A stretch of 64,000 bases of DNA, taken from IMG/VR virus record IMGVR_UViG_3300033121_000971, positions 1 to 64,000 of that record. One strand, written 5' to 3'. The translations under genes and the position numbers were made by a program. Source of the DNA: a virus (Duplodnaviria > Caudoviricetes). The notes below the pieces were generated by a model, which saw only the letters and a list, made by a program, of their open reading frames with translations, had not been told where the DNA came from and ran no database searches. Each line of letters begins with the position of its first letter. Position 1 is the stretch's first letter. Below, in pieces: positions 18,483 through 28,437 of this stretch.

Positions 18483-19088
18483 ATGGCAAATCTTATCTTA
18501 GTAAATTCCTCATCATCAATTGTTAGAAACCTTGACAGTGATAGAGGTGATAGAGAAAACACATATGCACAGTGGACTATTGCAGGTGGTGGAACATTAG
18601 CTATTGACGAAGCGGAAATAAGAGTTCCTTTCGACAAAAGTATTCCACAAGCACTTAAAGACGGTCAGGTTACTACAACCGAATCAGCTTTAGATGCATT
18701 AACAAGGCTTGATGTAAAGAACTTTGTAGCAGAAGGTCTTGGCTTAAAGTATTACAACACAAACAGTGTGCTTTTAAAAGCTAACAGAGCTGTATATGCA
18801 ACTCCAGAGACTGGATTTATTGCATATCCTTCAGCAGACGGTGGAACAGTAACAGGTATTGTTAGACAGGATGCAACTGGTTCAACAACTTATGTAAGAG
18901 TTCAGACATCAGGTTCAGTAACTGTAGAATTAGGCGGAACTGTTGCTCAGGGTGATTACTTAATGTCAGATACAACTGGTAGAGCTATTGTAGCTACAAG
19001 TGGTAAAAAAGCATTCGGTGTTGCTCCTTCAGCAGGTGCAGTTAACGATACAAAAACAGTTACTCTTAGCTTCACAACAAGACCGTAA
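18483..19088 (+). CDS. capsid cement/decoration-like protein (DUF2190-like C-terminal domain)
   Basis: VRVQTSGSVTVELGGTVAQGDYLMSDTTGRAI...FGVA pattern; followed by terminator. Confidence 0.65.
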   Translation: MANLILVNSSSSIVRNLDSDRGDRENTYAQWTIAGGGTLAIDEAEIRVPFDKSIPQALKDGQVTTTESALDALTRLDVKNFVAEGLGLKYYNTNSVLLKANRAVYATPETGFIAYPSADGGTVTGIVRQDATGSTTYVRVQTSGSVTVELGGTVAQGDYLMSDTTGRAIVATSGKKAFGVAPSAGAVNDTKTVTLSFTTRP

Positions 19089-19113
19089 CTGAATTAAAAG
19101 ATAAACAAAATTA

Positions 19114-19143
19114 AAGGGGCATTTTTTAGTGCCCCTTACTTTT
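19114..19143 (+). terminator. intrinsic terminator
   Basis: AAGGGGCA/TGCCCCTT stem then ACTTTT. Confidence 0.75.
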
Positions 19144-19165
19144 CTAAACAATACTGCTTACAACA

Positions 19166-19810
19166 TTGATAACAAAGACTGCAAGTAACTACAAAGTAAA
19201 AAATTTTGATGAGCTTATACTTGCTTTACAGAAATTAAAAGAGAACTCAGGCAGATTAACCTTACCTGAAGGTAAATCTCAATTGATAGATTCAGGTACT
19301 GCAAGTCTAATGTTACAGCTTAATGACAAACTCACAGACCCAAACATAAGACCTAAGTTTGAAGCAGATATTATGACTTGGGCTGGATTTTTACGATTAG
19401 CAAATTTTGCATGGGGTAAATCCTCATTTAATAAAGATATGACAATACAATCAATAAAAAAAGTTTTACAAAGGTTACTTAAAACTTCTACTGATGAGCT
19501 TGGTGGAATCCATGATATTGATTTTGCCCAGTGGGAAGGTGATGGAGTAGATGAAGAGACCGATGCCATCAACATGCAGAAAATGATTAGTTCAGGGCAG
19601 GCTTGGACTATGCAAGGTAGCTATGGCAGAAGTGCTATGCAGTATTTAGAGGCTGGCATGTGTATGTTAGGCAAAGAAGGTCATAATGACTATTATGGAA
19701 ATTACGTTCCATCCAGAACTGAAGTAAAAGCTGGAACTAAAGGTTCCGAAGCTTTATGCAAGAAAAATTATCCTGACCTTTATAAAAAGTATATAAAACT
19801 AGGCTTATAA
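19166..19810 (+). CDS. two-domain tag-linked protein
   Basis: MITKTAS start, internal IQSIKKVLQRLLKTS, C-terminal QGSYGR...DYYGN domain. Confidence 0.65.
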   Translation: MITKTASNYKVKNFDELILALQKLKENSGRLTLPEGKSQLIDSGTASLMLQLNDKLTDPNIRPKFEADIMTWAGFLRLANFAWGKSSFNKDMTIQSIKKVLQRLLKTSTDELGGIHDIDFAQWEGDGVDEETDAINMQKMISSGQAWTMQGSYGRSAMQYLEAGMCMLGKEGHNDYYGNYVPSRTEVKAGTKGSEALCKKNYPDLYKKYIKLGL

Positions 19811-19811
19811 A

Positions 19812-20012
19812 ATGTATTTAAAAGATATAAAAAATACTTTAATCAAATTGAATACAGAATTTGGAACTCAGTTTTTGAAAATAACAACAAGGGATTTAGA
19901 TAATATCGAAGATTTGATACGAAGCTTAAAAACTATGTCTAACTTTGGGGCAAGCGGGCTGGTTAGCTCTCTTGAGTCAATTGTTAAAAACGTAAGAGGT
20001 TATAATACATAA
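19812..20012 (+). CDS. small tag-bearing protein
   Basis: MYLKDIKNTLIKL. Confidence 0.65.
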   Translation: MYLKDIKNTLIKLNTEFGTQFLKITTRDLDNIEDLIRSLKTMSNFGASGLVSSLESIVKNVRGYNT

Positions 20013-23000
20013 ATGGCTTTCATAAAAAGAGCACAATCAAAATTCAAAGTAGAGCAGGTTTATAGCTATTCTGATTTACAGGAAGGTCTTGTAAAAGTAG
20101 CTGGTAAGAATGTAACTGCTAAAGTAATAAACAAGATATCAAGCATTCCAGCAATTCAAGCTGAGCCTGATAATTATTTGTATATACGTAATAGAAGTGT
20201 CTCAGGTTTAGATACTTGGGGCTTTAATTCTAATTTTGATGCATTCCCTTCCGAAGAGTTACAATCAGCATACAAAACATTTGTACGTGTAGGTATTTCT
20301 GTAGACCATATTAACAATGGAGAAGAAGATTTAATAGGTCTTGTTCTTGACAGTGAGTATGTTCCTAAACAGTTATACTGTATAAACGACAATACATTAT
20401 TTCCTTTCTCAGAAGAGAAGAGAGCTTCTTTAATAAAAGAAGGTAAGAAATTAAAAGTTGTTGGAGACTATGTAGAGAATTTACTTTGCATAGATAAAAA
20501 ACTTGCTAACGAAAAACGTGCAGGACTTGTACAGGCTATCCTTAACGGAGAAGTTACAGATACAAGTATGGGTACAAGTGTACAGGAATCTGAATGTTCA
20601 ATCTGTGGTAATGTAGCCAGAGGCGAACACGAGTACTGCGAGCATATAAAGTGTAAACGTTGTGGTAACAGAGCTCCTAAGAATGGAGAAAAAGAGTGTC
20701 TTCATAGCAACGATAAAGGTAGAATGATTTCTTATAACGGTCATAACCCTAAGTACTGCTATGAAATAAACAGAGGACTTGATTTCTTTGAGGATTCTAT
20801 TATCCTTTCTGAAACCTTTGCTAAAAAATCTGGTGCTACAGCTCAGGCTGGTGGAGAAGGTGCTGATACTGGTGCTAAGATTCTAGAAGTAGTTGCAAAC
20901 AAGAAACCTTCTATACTTGATGAAGTAAAGAAGAGAGCTAATGTTGGTACTCTTTCAGATGACACTATTGTTATCGGAGAAGAGCCTAAAGAGCTTGAGC
21001 AAAAAAGAGAAGAGTATGAAGAAAGCCGTGAAGATTATTTTGAAGATGGTAAAACTTCAATGAAGATTGAAGATAAAGATATTACTGCTTCAACATTAAA
21101 ATCTATTGCCAAAAATAAAAAAGATTATTCAGAATTTGAAAATGAAGTTTCAAAAGTAGTAGGTAGCATCTCAACACCTTCCAGAATTAAGCTAAGAAGT
21201 TTTTACAAGACTTTTCAGGAAAGACACAGAGATGAAGTGCTTGCTGTTGCTAAACATATAGTTGATACTCAGGACGGAATAAATCAGGAAAGCTTAAAAG
21301 AAAGACTTGCAAGCCACGGATTTAATCAGAAAGAGATTGATGAAGCTTTAGCTTATCAGGTTAAAGTAAAAGGTAACTATGATGTCTCATCTAAGCTTAA
21401 AAACTTCCTTGTGGAAGGTATGAAGCTTTACAATGAGATTGACAAGACTGCTGACCTTCAGGGAGCAAATTATGCTAATACAATGAACACTGGATTAGCT
21501 GAGCTTGTTGACAGATACAATGATTCTAAGATGGATGACTCTGGTGACTTAAACGAAACCAAGGGAGCTGATGGAAAAAACTATATAGGTTCAGAACCTA
21601 TTGGTGAAACCAGAAGCATGAAGAAAACAGCCGACCTTAAAAATGAAATTTTACAATTTGTAAATGGTCAGACTGAAACTCCTAAAGAAAATATCTTTGG
21701 AAGATTTGGATATCAGCCAGAAGTAAATCAGGCTATTGATGATTTAGTATCAGAAAATAAAGTTACTGTAGATGAGTTTGAATCAGTTCATCCAGTTACA
21801 GATGATATTAATAATGCAGGAGCAACCGCAGAAGCTCAGGAAAATGTATCAGTAGTAGAACCTTCTGAAACAGATTCTTTTGCTAACGTTGAAGCTTTTG
21901 AAAAGTATTTAGTAAACCCTCAAAGTGATTGGGTAATATTATCAGCAACAGACCAAAGTAAAACAACTGATGCAAACGGTAATTCAATACCTGCATACTT
22001 AAATCCAGAGAACATAGAAGCAAATCAAAAACTTCTAACAGATATTAAAGCTCTTGGATTTGATGCAGTTGAAGCTCAAGGAGTTTATTTAAACAGTCCT
22101 GAAGGAAAAAGCTATCTTGTAGATGGTGCTTCCCTAAAGGATGGAGTATTCCTTGGACTAAAGTATAATCAGGAATCAATTTTAATTCCACAAGGTATTT
22201 ACACATTGCCTAAAGCTGGAAGTGAAAATATAAAATCTCCTAATGATGTTTCTGAAGCTTTAATACATCAAGGTGAGCTTGCTCCAGCAACTACATCTGG
22301 AAATCAACCTAAAGTTTACTGGGGAGACTTAGCAAAAGAACAAGATGGTTACACAATGCTAAGCATTGGTGGTGAGGATGTTGCATTCTCATTTGATATT
22401 GACTGGAACGGTATAAAACCTTTCGGACAATATTTAAGTAAGACTTCTGGACTTGTGGAAGATGAAGCTAAAGATGCTCAAGAAGTAAAAGATGATGCAG
22501 AGATAATAAAATACACTGATGAGGACTTAACAAAAGAAAGTAAAAATACAATGATTGAAAGATTAGAGCTAACAGCCAGAAGACTGAATAAAGCATTTGA
22601 AAAATTTGCTGGTATTGACATGAACAAACACATCTGGGAAGGTTGGACAGTAGGTAACTTTATAGAGGAGCTTGAGCCTTCATTTGACATGATTATGCGT
22701 GGTCAGTCTCATCAAGAACCTTTTAAGACAGTAGCTGAAGTTAAGAAATGGTGTATGGAAAATCAACCTTACTATAAGAAGTATATACCAGATGTAGTAT
22801 CTTACTTTTGGAATAAGGTTCAACAGAACTCTAACAACAGGTTTGCTAAAAAAGATTCTGACAAAGTAAAACAAGACAAAATGGATATCGGTGGAGTAGG
22901 TAGCCCTGACTCTGACGGTCATTATAATACAGAAGAGATGGATTTAAGCCAAGGTTCTGGTGACCCAGCTAACTATAAAGACTTGAAGAAAAATCAGGAT

Positions 23001-24518
23001 TCTGAATTCACAACTGATGAAGATGGTATGGTTCAGAAAGTTAAAGCTTTACAACAAAAGTTGGCAAGTGGTGCAGTGAACAATAATTTAATGCCTTCTT
23101 CAAAAGGTAAATGTAGTTGTGGCAGGTCTATGAGTATTGGCGAAGCCACATCTGGCGTAAGTCCTTTTGGGTATGTTTGTCCTGATTGCAAACATAGAAA
23201 GCACAGCCCAACTTCAAGAGAAGATTACTACAAGCAGTTTGGAATTACAGATAATAATAATAATAATAAACTTGGAGATATTAAATCTCATCTATCTGAA
23301 CTGACTGATGACAGAGTAGAAGACGCTGAAAAAGATAAAGAAGACTACGGCTTTGAAATGAATGATGAAATTCTTGATGACAAAGAAATCAAAGGTAACA
23401 TGGAAGACACTTTGAAAGATAAGAAATCAAACAGAATGTTTGAAGACTATGATAAAGAAAAACCTGAAAAAGAAGAAGATGAAGTCGAAGAAACAGTAAA
23501 AGAGGCTAAGAACGCATTTGAAAAAATGAACAATGCTATGACTCTTGATGCTACTCCTTTAAATCTTGATTCAGAAAACTCTTCAAGTCTCGGAACAGAA
23601 ACAGATAACCTAGGTAATGAAGACCAGTCAGGTATTGGTAAAATCATGTCCTTCTTAAAAGACACTATGTCTGCTATGGATGATTTTGATACTCCAGAGC
23701 CTATGGATTATTCTATCAAGACTGATGAAGATGGTGTAAAGGATTTTGAAAATAAGACTGCTAGTATAAAGGTTGACCCAACTAAATTCAAATCAGGTTT
23801 CCAAGAAGGTGACCGTATAGATTTAGATGACCAGCATTCAAGTAGGTATGTTGTAGTACGTGATGGTTTTAATAGAACTTTTATTGTTGCTGATAATGGT
23901 GAAAGAAGAATGCAGATAGTAGATAGAGGTAATGTAAGGTTTGACCCACCTCTTAACAAGCCTGCTCTTAAAGGAAATTTATCTCTGTCAGATATCTTAT
24001 CTAAGAAAACTGCTGGAACAATCCCTTACAACATAAACCCTAACGACCCAGTAGAAGTTAAAAATGAAACTGGTGGAACAGAGACAACAGGTACTGTTAC
24101 AGATGTAAAAGAGGAAGTTAATCCAGACGGTTCAACATCTCCTACAGTTGAGATGAGTGACGGCAAAACATATCCTGCTGATGAACATATGATTCAGAAG
24201 ACTATGAATAAGTCAGCTAAGCTTTTAGAGCTTGAGACCATGGATTTCGGAGATTCTGAAAAGCTTTCAAAACTAGCTAAATTAGAAGTAGAAGCACTTG
24301 AAGTTCCAGAACTTATAATTACTTCTGCTGTACAGGATTCTACAGAAGCAGATGCTATGATATCTGACAACGAAGCTGGGGAAGTATTCGATTCTGAGCC
24401 AGTTGTTAAAAGGTCAGCTATAAAGCCTAAAGTAAATAATGGATTTACTATAAACACTCACGGTTCATTAAAGCCTAGAAATGCAGAATTGAACATTGAT
24501 AATATGTGGGATGAGTAA
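20013..24518 (+). CDS. head maturation (prohead) protease fused to long acidic multi-domain extension
   Basis: NSNFDAF...VDH...DTSMG...CSICGN...CEH...FFEDS N-terminal domain; upstream of decoration and MCP genes. Confidence 0.72.
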   Translation: MAFIKRAQSKFKVEQVYSYSDLQEGLVKVAGKNVTAKVINKISSIPAIQAEPDNYLYIRNRSVSGLDTWGFNSNFDAFPSEELQSAYKTFVRVGISVDHINNGEEDLIGLVLDSEYVPKQLYCINDNTLFPFSEEKRASLIKEGKKLKVVGDYVENLLCIDKKLANEKRAGLVQAILNGEVTDTSMGTSVQESECSICGNVARGEHEYCEHIKCKRCGNRAPKNGEKECLHSNDKGRMISYNGHNPKYCYEINRGLDFFEDSIILSETFAKKSGATAQAGGEGADTGAKILEVVANKKPSILDEVKKRANVGTLSDDTIVIGEEPKELEQKREEYEESREDYFEDGKTSMKIEDKDITASTLKSIAKNKKDYSEFENEVSKVVGSISTPSRIKLRSFYKTFQERHRDEVLAVAKHIVDTQDGINQESLKERLASHGFNQKEIDEALAYQVKVKGNYDVSSKLKNFLVEGMKLYNEIDKTADLQGANYANTMNTGLAELVDRYNDSKMDDSGDLNETKGADGKNYIGSEPIGETRSMKKTADLKNEILQFVNGQTETPKENIFGRFGYQPEVNQAIDDLVSENKVTVDEFESVHPVTDDINNAGATAEAQENVSVVEPSETDSFANVEAFEKYLVNPQSDWVILSATDQSKTTDANGNSIPAYLNPENIEANQKLLTDIKALGFDAVEAQGVYLNSPEGKSYLVDGASLKDGVFLGLKYNQESILIPQGIYTLPKAGSENIKSPNDVSEALIHQGELAPATTSGNQPKVYWGDLAKEQDGYTMLSIGGEDVAFSFDIDWNGIKPFGQYLSKTSGLVEDEAKDAQEVKDDAEIIKYTDEDLTKESKNTMIERLELTARRLNKAFEKFAGIDMNKHIWEGWTVGNFIEELEPSFDMIMRGQSHQEPFKTVAEVKKWCMENQPYYKKYIPDVVSYFWNKVQQNSNNRFAKKDSDKVKQDKMDIGGVGSPDSDGHYNTEEMDLSQGSGDPANYKDLKKNQDSEFTTDEDGMVQKVKALQQKLASGAVNNNLMPSSKGKCSCGRSMSIGEATSGVSPFGYVCPDCKHRKHSPTSREDYYKQFGITDNNNNNKLGDIKSHLSELTDDRVEDAEKDKEDYGFEMNDEILDDKEIKGNMEDTLKDKKSNRMFEDYDKEKPEKEEDEVEETVKEAKNAFEKMNNAMTLDATPLNLDSENSSSLGTETDNLGNEDQSGIGKIMSFLKDTMSAMDDFDTPEPMDYSIKTDEDGVKDFENKTASIKVDPTKFKSGFQEGDRIDLDDQHSSRYVVVRDGFNRTFIVADNGERRMQIVDRGNVRFDPPLNKPALKGNLSLSDILSKKTAGTIPYNINPNDPVEVKNETGGTETTGTVTDVKEEVNPDGSTSPTVEMSDGKTYPADEHMIQKTMNKSAKLLELETMDFGDSEKLSKLAKLEVEALEVPELIITSAVQDSTEADAMISDNEAGEVFDSEPVVKRSAIKPKVNNGFTINTHGSLKPRNAELNIDNMWDE

Positions 24519-24535
24519 CAAAATTAACAAATTTT

Positions 24536-24554
24536 TTTGTATTTATTATATAGA
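24536..24554 (+). promoter_or_regulatory. putative late promoter motif, copy 4
   Basis: exact 19-bp match ahead of scaffold-decoration-MCP genes. Confidence 0.75.
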
Positions 24555-24605
24555 AAGATACCCTTAACGAGTTTAATAACGATTTAACAATTTAAAAGAT
24601 AAACA

Positions 24606-25064
24606 ATGTCAAAAGAAACTAACAAAACTGCAATAAGAAAAGTAGCTGTAAAGACAGTTATTGCGAACTGCAGGGAAGACCTTAAAGAAGTAAAGACAGT
24701 AAAATCTCTGTTATCTACTTTGTTCAAGAAAGCAGAAACTGAGTGGATTCCTAAAATTGCTAAAACAGAAAAAGAAGCTAAAGACCTTTTAAAGAAAGCT
24801 TTAGATATTTCTGTTAACGATGAGAACGGTTCCATGGACGTAGCTGTATCTTCAGATGAAGGTGAAGCTGTAACAGTTACTGACAATACCATGAACGGTG
24901 GTGCTGGTGATGACGGTTTTGCTCCTGAAGGTGGAGATGACTTCGGTGCAGAAGGTGATGCTGGTGCTCCTATGAGTGAGGATGAAATGCAAAAAACATT
25001 CAAACTTATTCAGGATAACATGGCGAAGCTTTCAAAAAGTATTGAGAAAAAGAAAACAAAATAA
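24606..25064 (+). CDS. scaffold-like protein
   Basis: helical ends, acidic linker, position before decoration/MCP; KTA, KVA, KKA motifs. Confidence 0.5.
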   Translation: MSKETNKTAIRKVAVKTVIANCREDLKEVKTVKSLLSTLFKKAETEWIPKIAKTEKEAKDLLKKALDISVNDENGSMDVAVSSDEGEAVTVTDNTMNGGAGDDGFAPEGGDDFGAEGDAGAPMSEDEMQKTFKLIQDNMAKLSKSIEKKKTK

Positions 25065-25083
25065 TTAATGGAGATAAACTAAA

Positions 25084-25596
25084 ATGGGATTAGGTAGACA
25101 AAAATTTACAGTTTTAAAAGTAGGTGAATTCGCTCAGGAATCTGGTGCAGTTTACTATGGTGGTAGCCCTATGGCTGTTACTCAAAGTGGTACTTTAAGG
25201 AATGCTAAATATGCTCAGCTCGCTTCTGCAAAATCAGATGCTACAGCTACAACATATGTAGGTATTGCTTATAACACTTCAACAGTAGATGCGAATACTT
25301 ACGGTGGAAAGTCAACATTCTTAGCAGGTGCATGTGTTGTTACTATGTCAAAGATGTTAGCTAACACAAATAACAGTGTATTAAACGTTCAGGGTACTGC
25401 TGGACAGTCAGGTGATGACTATCCTTACGATACCACATTAACATGGAACGAAGCAGACTTAGTATTTGTAGGTCACACTGGTAAATGGGTTAATGTTAAC
25501 CCTGCTTCAGGTAAACCTTGCTACGGTACGGTTCTTGAAGTTGGAACAGATAGTCTTACAGTTCTGTTCTACGGTGGTTCAAACGCTGTATATTAA
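25084..25596 (+). CDS. head decoration (minor capsid) protein
   Basis: small Gly/Ala/Thr-rich beta protein immediately before MCP. Confidence 0.65.
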   Translation: MGLGRQKFTVLKVGEFAQESGAVYYGGSPMAVTQSGTLRNAKYAQLASAKSDATATTYVGIAYNTSTVDANTYGGKSTFLAGACVVTMSKMLANTNNSVLNVQGTAGQSGDDYPYDTTLTWNEADLVFVGHTGKWVNVNPASGKPCYGTVLEVGTDSLTVLFYGGSNAVY

Positions 25597-25613
25597 TAGG
25601 TTTTTGAAAGAAC

Positions 25614-25646
25614 TGCTATCTCTCCTTACCTGAGATAGCATTCTTT
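25614..25646 (+). other. stem-loop between decoration and MCP genes
   Basis: TGCTATCTC/GAGATAGCA 9-bp stem followed by TTCTTT. Confidence 0.55.
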
Positions 25647-25713
25647 CTCTCTTACAAAATGTTAAGTAGAGTAGGTTAAGTAGAAATGAAAAACAATTAG
25701 ACACAAATAAATA

Positions 25714-26604
25714 ATGTCAGAAATAAAAAAACTTAGCAGAGAAGAGCAATATAACAAAGACCTTCGTAAAGAAGCTTTGTTAAAACAGGCTATGAAGTCA
25801 CCTGCTGGTCTTAAAAAGATTACCAGTGCTCTTAGCAATCCAGTAAGAAAGAAACTTGACTACGTAGGTATCTCAAGAAAATTCGTTGTTACTGAGCTGT
25901 GGGCTGAAGGTATGCCTTTAATATTCGACAGAGATGTTGAAGAATTTACAGCAGTTGTTATCGGTAAAAACGGTAGTGCAAGGTATCTTGAAGTAGAGGT
26001 TGAAAGAGTTGAATTAACACCTTTCGAGGTTGTTGTTAACCCTAGAGTACCTTACAGAGAACTTTACAGCAGGTTATATCAGGTTGTAAAAAGAGTAAAA
26101 GAGAGAATTGAACAAGCTATGGCTTTAAGAGAAGACTTAATATTCTTCTCAGCTTTAGAGGATGCTTCAACAGCTTATCATCCTACAACAAGTGTGGCAA
26201 CATACTTAACAAAGGATGCTCTTGCTAGAAGCTTCACACCTTTAGAGAAGAACAGGTTAGTACCTCAGAATATTCTGATGACAGCTTATGGTATCCAAGG
26301 TATCAGACGTTGGCAGTATCAGGATATTGATGACACAGCTCGTATGGAAATCAGAAAATCTGGATACTTAGGTAGTATCTGGGGTGCACAGATGTACATT
26401 TCCGACCAGATTAACATGGGTACATACTATGTTATGGCATCTCCTGAGTTCCTCGCTTGGCAACCTTTTAGGAAAGAAGCAGAAGTAATTCCTGCTGATA
26501 GTCCTGAGAACTTAACACTTGGATTCTTAGCATACGAATACTATGCTCTGTTGATTCACAACGTGTTAGCATGTTTGAAGGGTACCTTCAGCGTAACTGC
26601 CTAA
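25714..26604 (+). CDS. major capsid protein (HK97 fold)
   Basis: NPVRKKLDYVGISRKFVV...FDRD...GYLGSIWGAQM; recalled resemblance to Bxz1-type capsid proteins; followed by terminator. Confidence 0.85.
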   Translation: MSEIKKLSREEQYNKDLRKEALLKQAMKSPAGLKKITSALSNPVRKKLDYVGISRKFVVTELWAEGMPLIFDRDVEEFTAVVIGKNGSARYLEVEVERVELTPFEVVVNPRVPYRELYSRLYQVVKRVKERIEQAMALREDLIFFSALEDASTAYHPTTSVATYLTKDALARSFTPLEKNRLVPQNILMTAYGIQGIRRWQYQDIDDTARMEIRKSGYLGSIWGAQMYISDQINMGTYYVMASPEFLAWQPFRKEAEVIPADSPENLTLGFLAYEYYALLIHNVLACLKGTFSVTA

Positions 26605-26630
26605 TTTTTAGGTATGTAGTTAAAAAGTCT

Positions 26631-26669
26631 AAGGCAGAAGAGATAACCAAAAACTTCTGCCTTGCTTTT
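26631..26669 (+). terminator. terminator after MCP
   Basis: AAGGCAGAAG/CTTCTGCCTT 10-bp stem then GCTTTT. Confidence 0.7.
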
Positions 26670-26690
26670 ATAAAAATTTTTTAGTATATT
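26662..26690 (+). promoter_or_regulatory. sigma70-type promoter (TTGCTT-17-TATATT) for HNH gene
   Basis: 17-bp spacer; ATG only 5 nt after the -10 box. Confidence 0.6.
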
Positions 26691-26695
26691 ACAGT

Positions 26696-27397
26696 ATGAA
26701 AAAAGTTTGTACTAAGTGTGACGTTGAAAAATTACTAGAAGATTTTCCTAAAAATAGTACTAGAAAAGATGGGCATGCAAGTTGGTGTAAAGTTTGTAAT
26801 TCAAACTGGAAGAAAGATAATAAAGAACATATTTCTGACTATAACAAAGCATACATAGAAAATAATAAAGAATATGTTGCAGAGTTAAAGAAGAAAAATT
26901 ACGATGAAAATCGTGATAGTATTTTATTAAAGCATAAGAAAAAAAGAGAAGAAAACTTAGAAGAGTATAGAGCACGAGATAAAAAACGTGACGATGCACG
27001 CAAAGATGCAAGAGTAGTCTACTCTAAGAAGTGGGCACAACGTCCTGAAACAAAAGTAGTAAGAGTTAATGCTCAAAATAAGCGAAGAGCGAAATACAAA
27101 GAGACAGATATAACCACAGAGTGGCTTACAGAATTAAGGGTGTTAACAGTACATTGTCCGACATGTAACTGTGAAATGATTGAAGACGGACTTGCCCAGA
27201 ATGGGAAAACATTAGACCATATAATTACACTAAATACGTTTGGAACTCACACCATGGACAACGTGAGATATATTTGCAGAAAGTGCAACAATTCCAGACC
27301 TAAAGATAATAGTGATGTTGAAGAAAGTTTTATTACAGAGTTTAAATTTAGACATAATGTTGAAGAGGAACAAAAAATAACCTTAAAAAAGGAATAA
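26696..27397 (+). CDS. HNH homing endonuclease
   Basis: N-terminal CxxC...CxxC; CPTC...TLDHII...H...N...CRKCNNSR. Confidence 0.85.
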   Translation: MKKVCTKCDVEKLLEDFPKNSTRKDGHASWCKVCNSNWKKDNKEHISDYNKAYIENNKEYVAELKKKNYDENRDSILLKHKKKREENLEEYRARDKKRDDARKDARVVYSKKWAQRPETKVVRVNAQNKRRAKYKETDITTEWLTELRVLTVHCPTCNCEMIEDGLAQNGKTLDHIITLNTFGTHTMDNVRYICRKCNNSRPKDNSDVEESFITEFKFRHNVEEEQKITLKKE

Positions 27398-27401
27398 TAC
27401 A

Positions 27402-27986
27402 ATGGCAACAACAAAAGCAAAAACCCCTACCTCAGATAATTTAAAAGCTAGGCTTTTAGAATTTCATAATAAGAAAATAGCTGATTCAGAACATGTTCTG
27501 ATGGAGGATGATAAAGTACCATGTTTTGATTACATGATTAATGTATCAGGTGGGGATATCATGATTCCAGACTTACAAGCTATAGACAAGAATCCTGATT
27601 CAGGAAAGATTTTTAAAGTAGAAGCTGGCAGAAGAATAAATTTAAATACTGTATTCTCTGTCGGAGCTATTAACAGGAACAGGTTACAATTATTAAATGT
27701 ATTGAATGAAATGCGTTCCAGCATTGATTCAGATTACCCAGCTTTTCTTTTAGTATCAAAAGAAGATATTCAGATTCAATTTCCTTTTGAACTTGTAAAA
27801 AAATCTTTAGTTGATAAATTAAAAGATAAAGGACAGACCTCATTTGAACTTGGAAGAAATGAGTATGATGATAAATTAGCTGAAGAGCTTGCAAAAGAAG
27901 AGAAAGCTAATGCTAAAGCCTCTGTTAAAAGCGGTGTAGGTAATTTAAATACTAAAACTAAACAAGAAGCAGAGAATTCAATCTAA
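27402..27986 (+). CDS. hypothetical protein (head-neck region)
   Basis: in-operon ORF. Confidence 0.7.
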   Translation: MATTKAKTPTSDNLKARLLEFHNKKIADSEHVLMEDDKVPCFDYMINVSGGDIMIPDLQAIDKNPDSGKIFKVEAGRRINLNTVFSVGAINRNRLQLLNVLNEMRSSIDSDYPAFLLVSKEDIQIQFPFELVKKSLVDKLKDKGQTSFELGRNEYDDKLAEELAKEEKANAKASVKSGVGNLNTKTKQEAENSI

Positions 27987-28429
27987 TGGATTTTATAACA
28001 TTTAGAAAAAACGTTCCTGAAACTCTTTTAGTTACGGATGCACGAGATGTTTTTAAAATAACAAATGATTACTTTAAACTTAGAGAGTCGAACTACCCGT
28101 TTGACTCTCTTCAATTTTCTGGGTATCTTAAAACAGAAAAGATAAGTGTAGTATTTATAGGTGAAGACTTTCCTAATGGAGAGCTGTTTAAAAAATATCT
28201 TAAGCCTGATGCTAAGATGCAGGCTCAAAAAGAAGAGCAGATAAAAGTTTTTGAAGAAAAAGTAAAGCAGGACAAAGAGCTTCAGAAGATAGAAGATAAG
28301 AAAAAAGCTCAGGCTGAAAAGAAGGAAGAACAAGCTCGTGCAAAAAAAGAGCTTGACAGAAAGAATAACATAGTTGTTATTAAAGACAGCGAAATTGAAG
28401 AGAATGTAAGTAAGCATTTAATGGCATAA
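27986..28429 (+). CDS. hypothetical protein with charged coiled coil
   Basis: TAATG coupling. Confidence 0.7.
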   Translation: MDFITFRKNVPETLLVTDARDVFKITNDYFKLRESNYPFDSLQFSGYLKTEKISVVFIGEDFPNGELFKKYLKPDAKMQAQKEEQIKVFEEKVKQDKELQKIEDKKKAQAEKKEEQARAKKELDRKNNIVVIKDSEIEENVSKHLMA

Positions 28430-28437
28430 GTAAAGAA

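Noticed and set aside
23252-23270. (AAT)n microsatellite as a contingency locus
   Set aside because: It is an in-frame triplet repeat encoding a short Asn linker, so it cannot switch phase.
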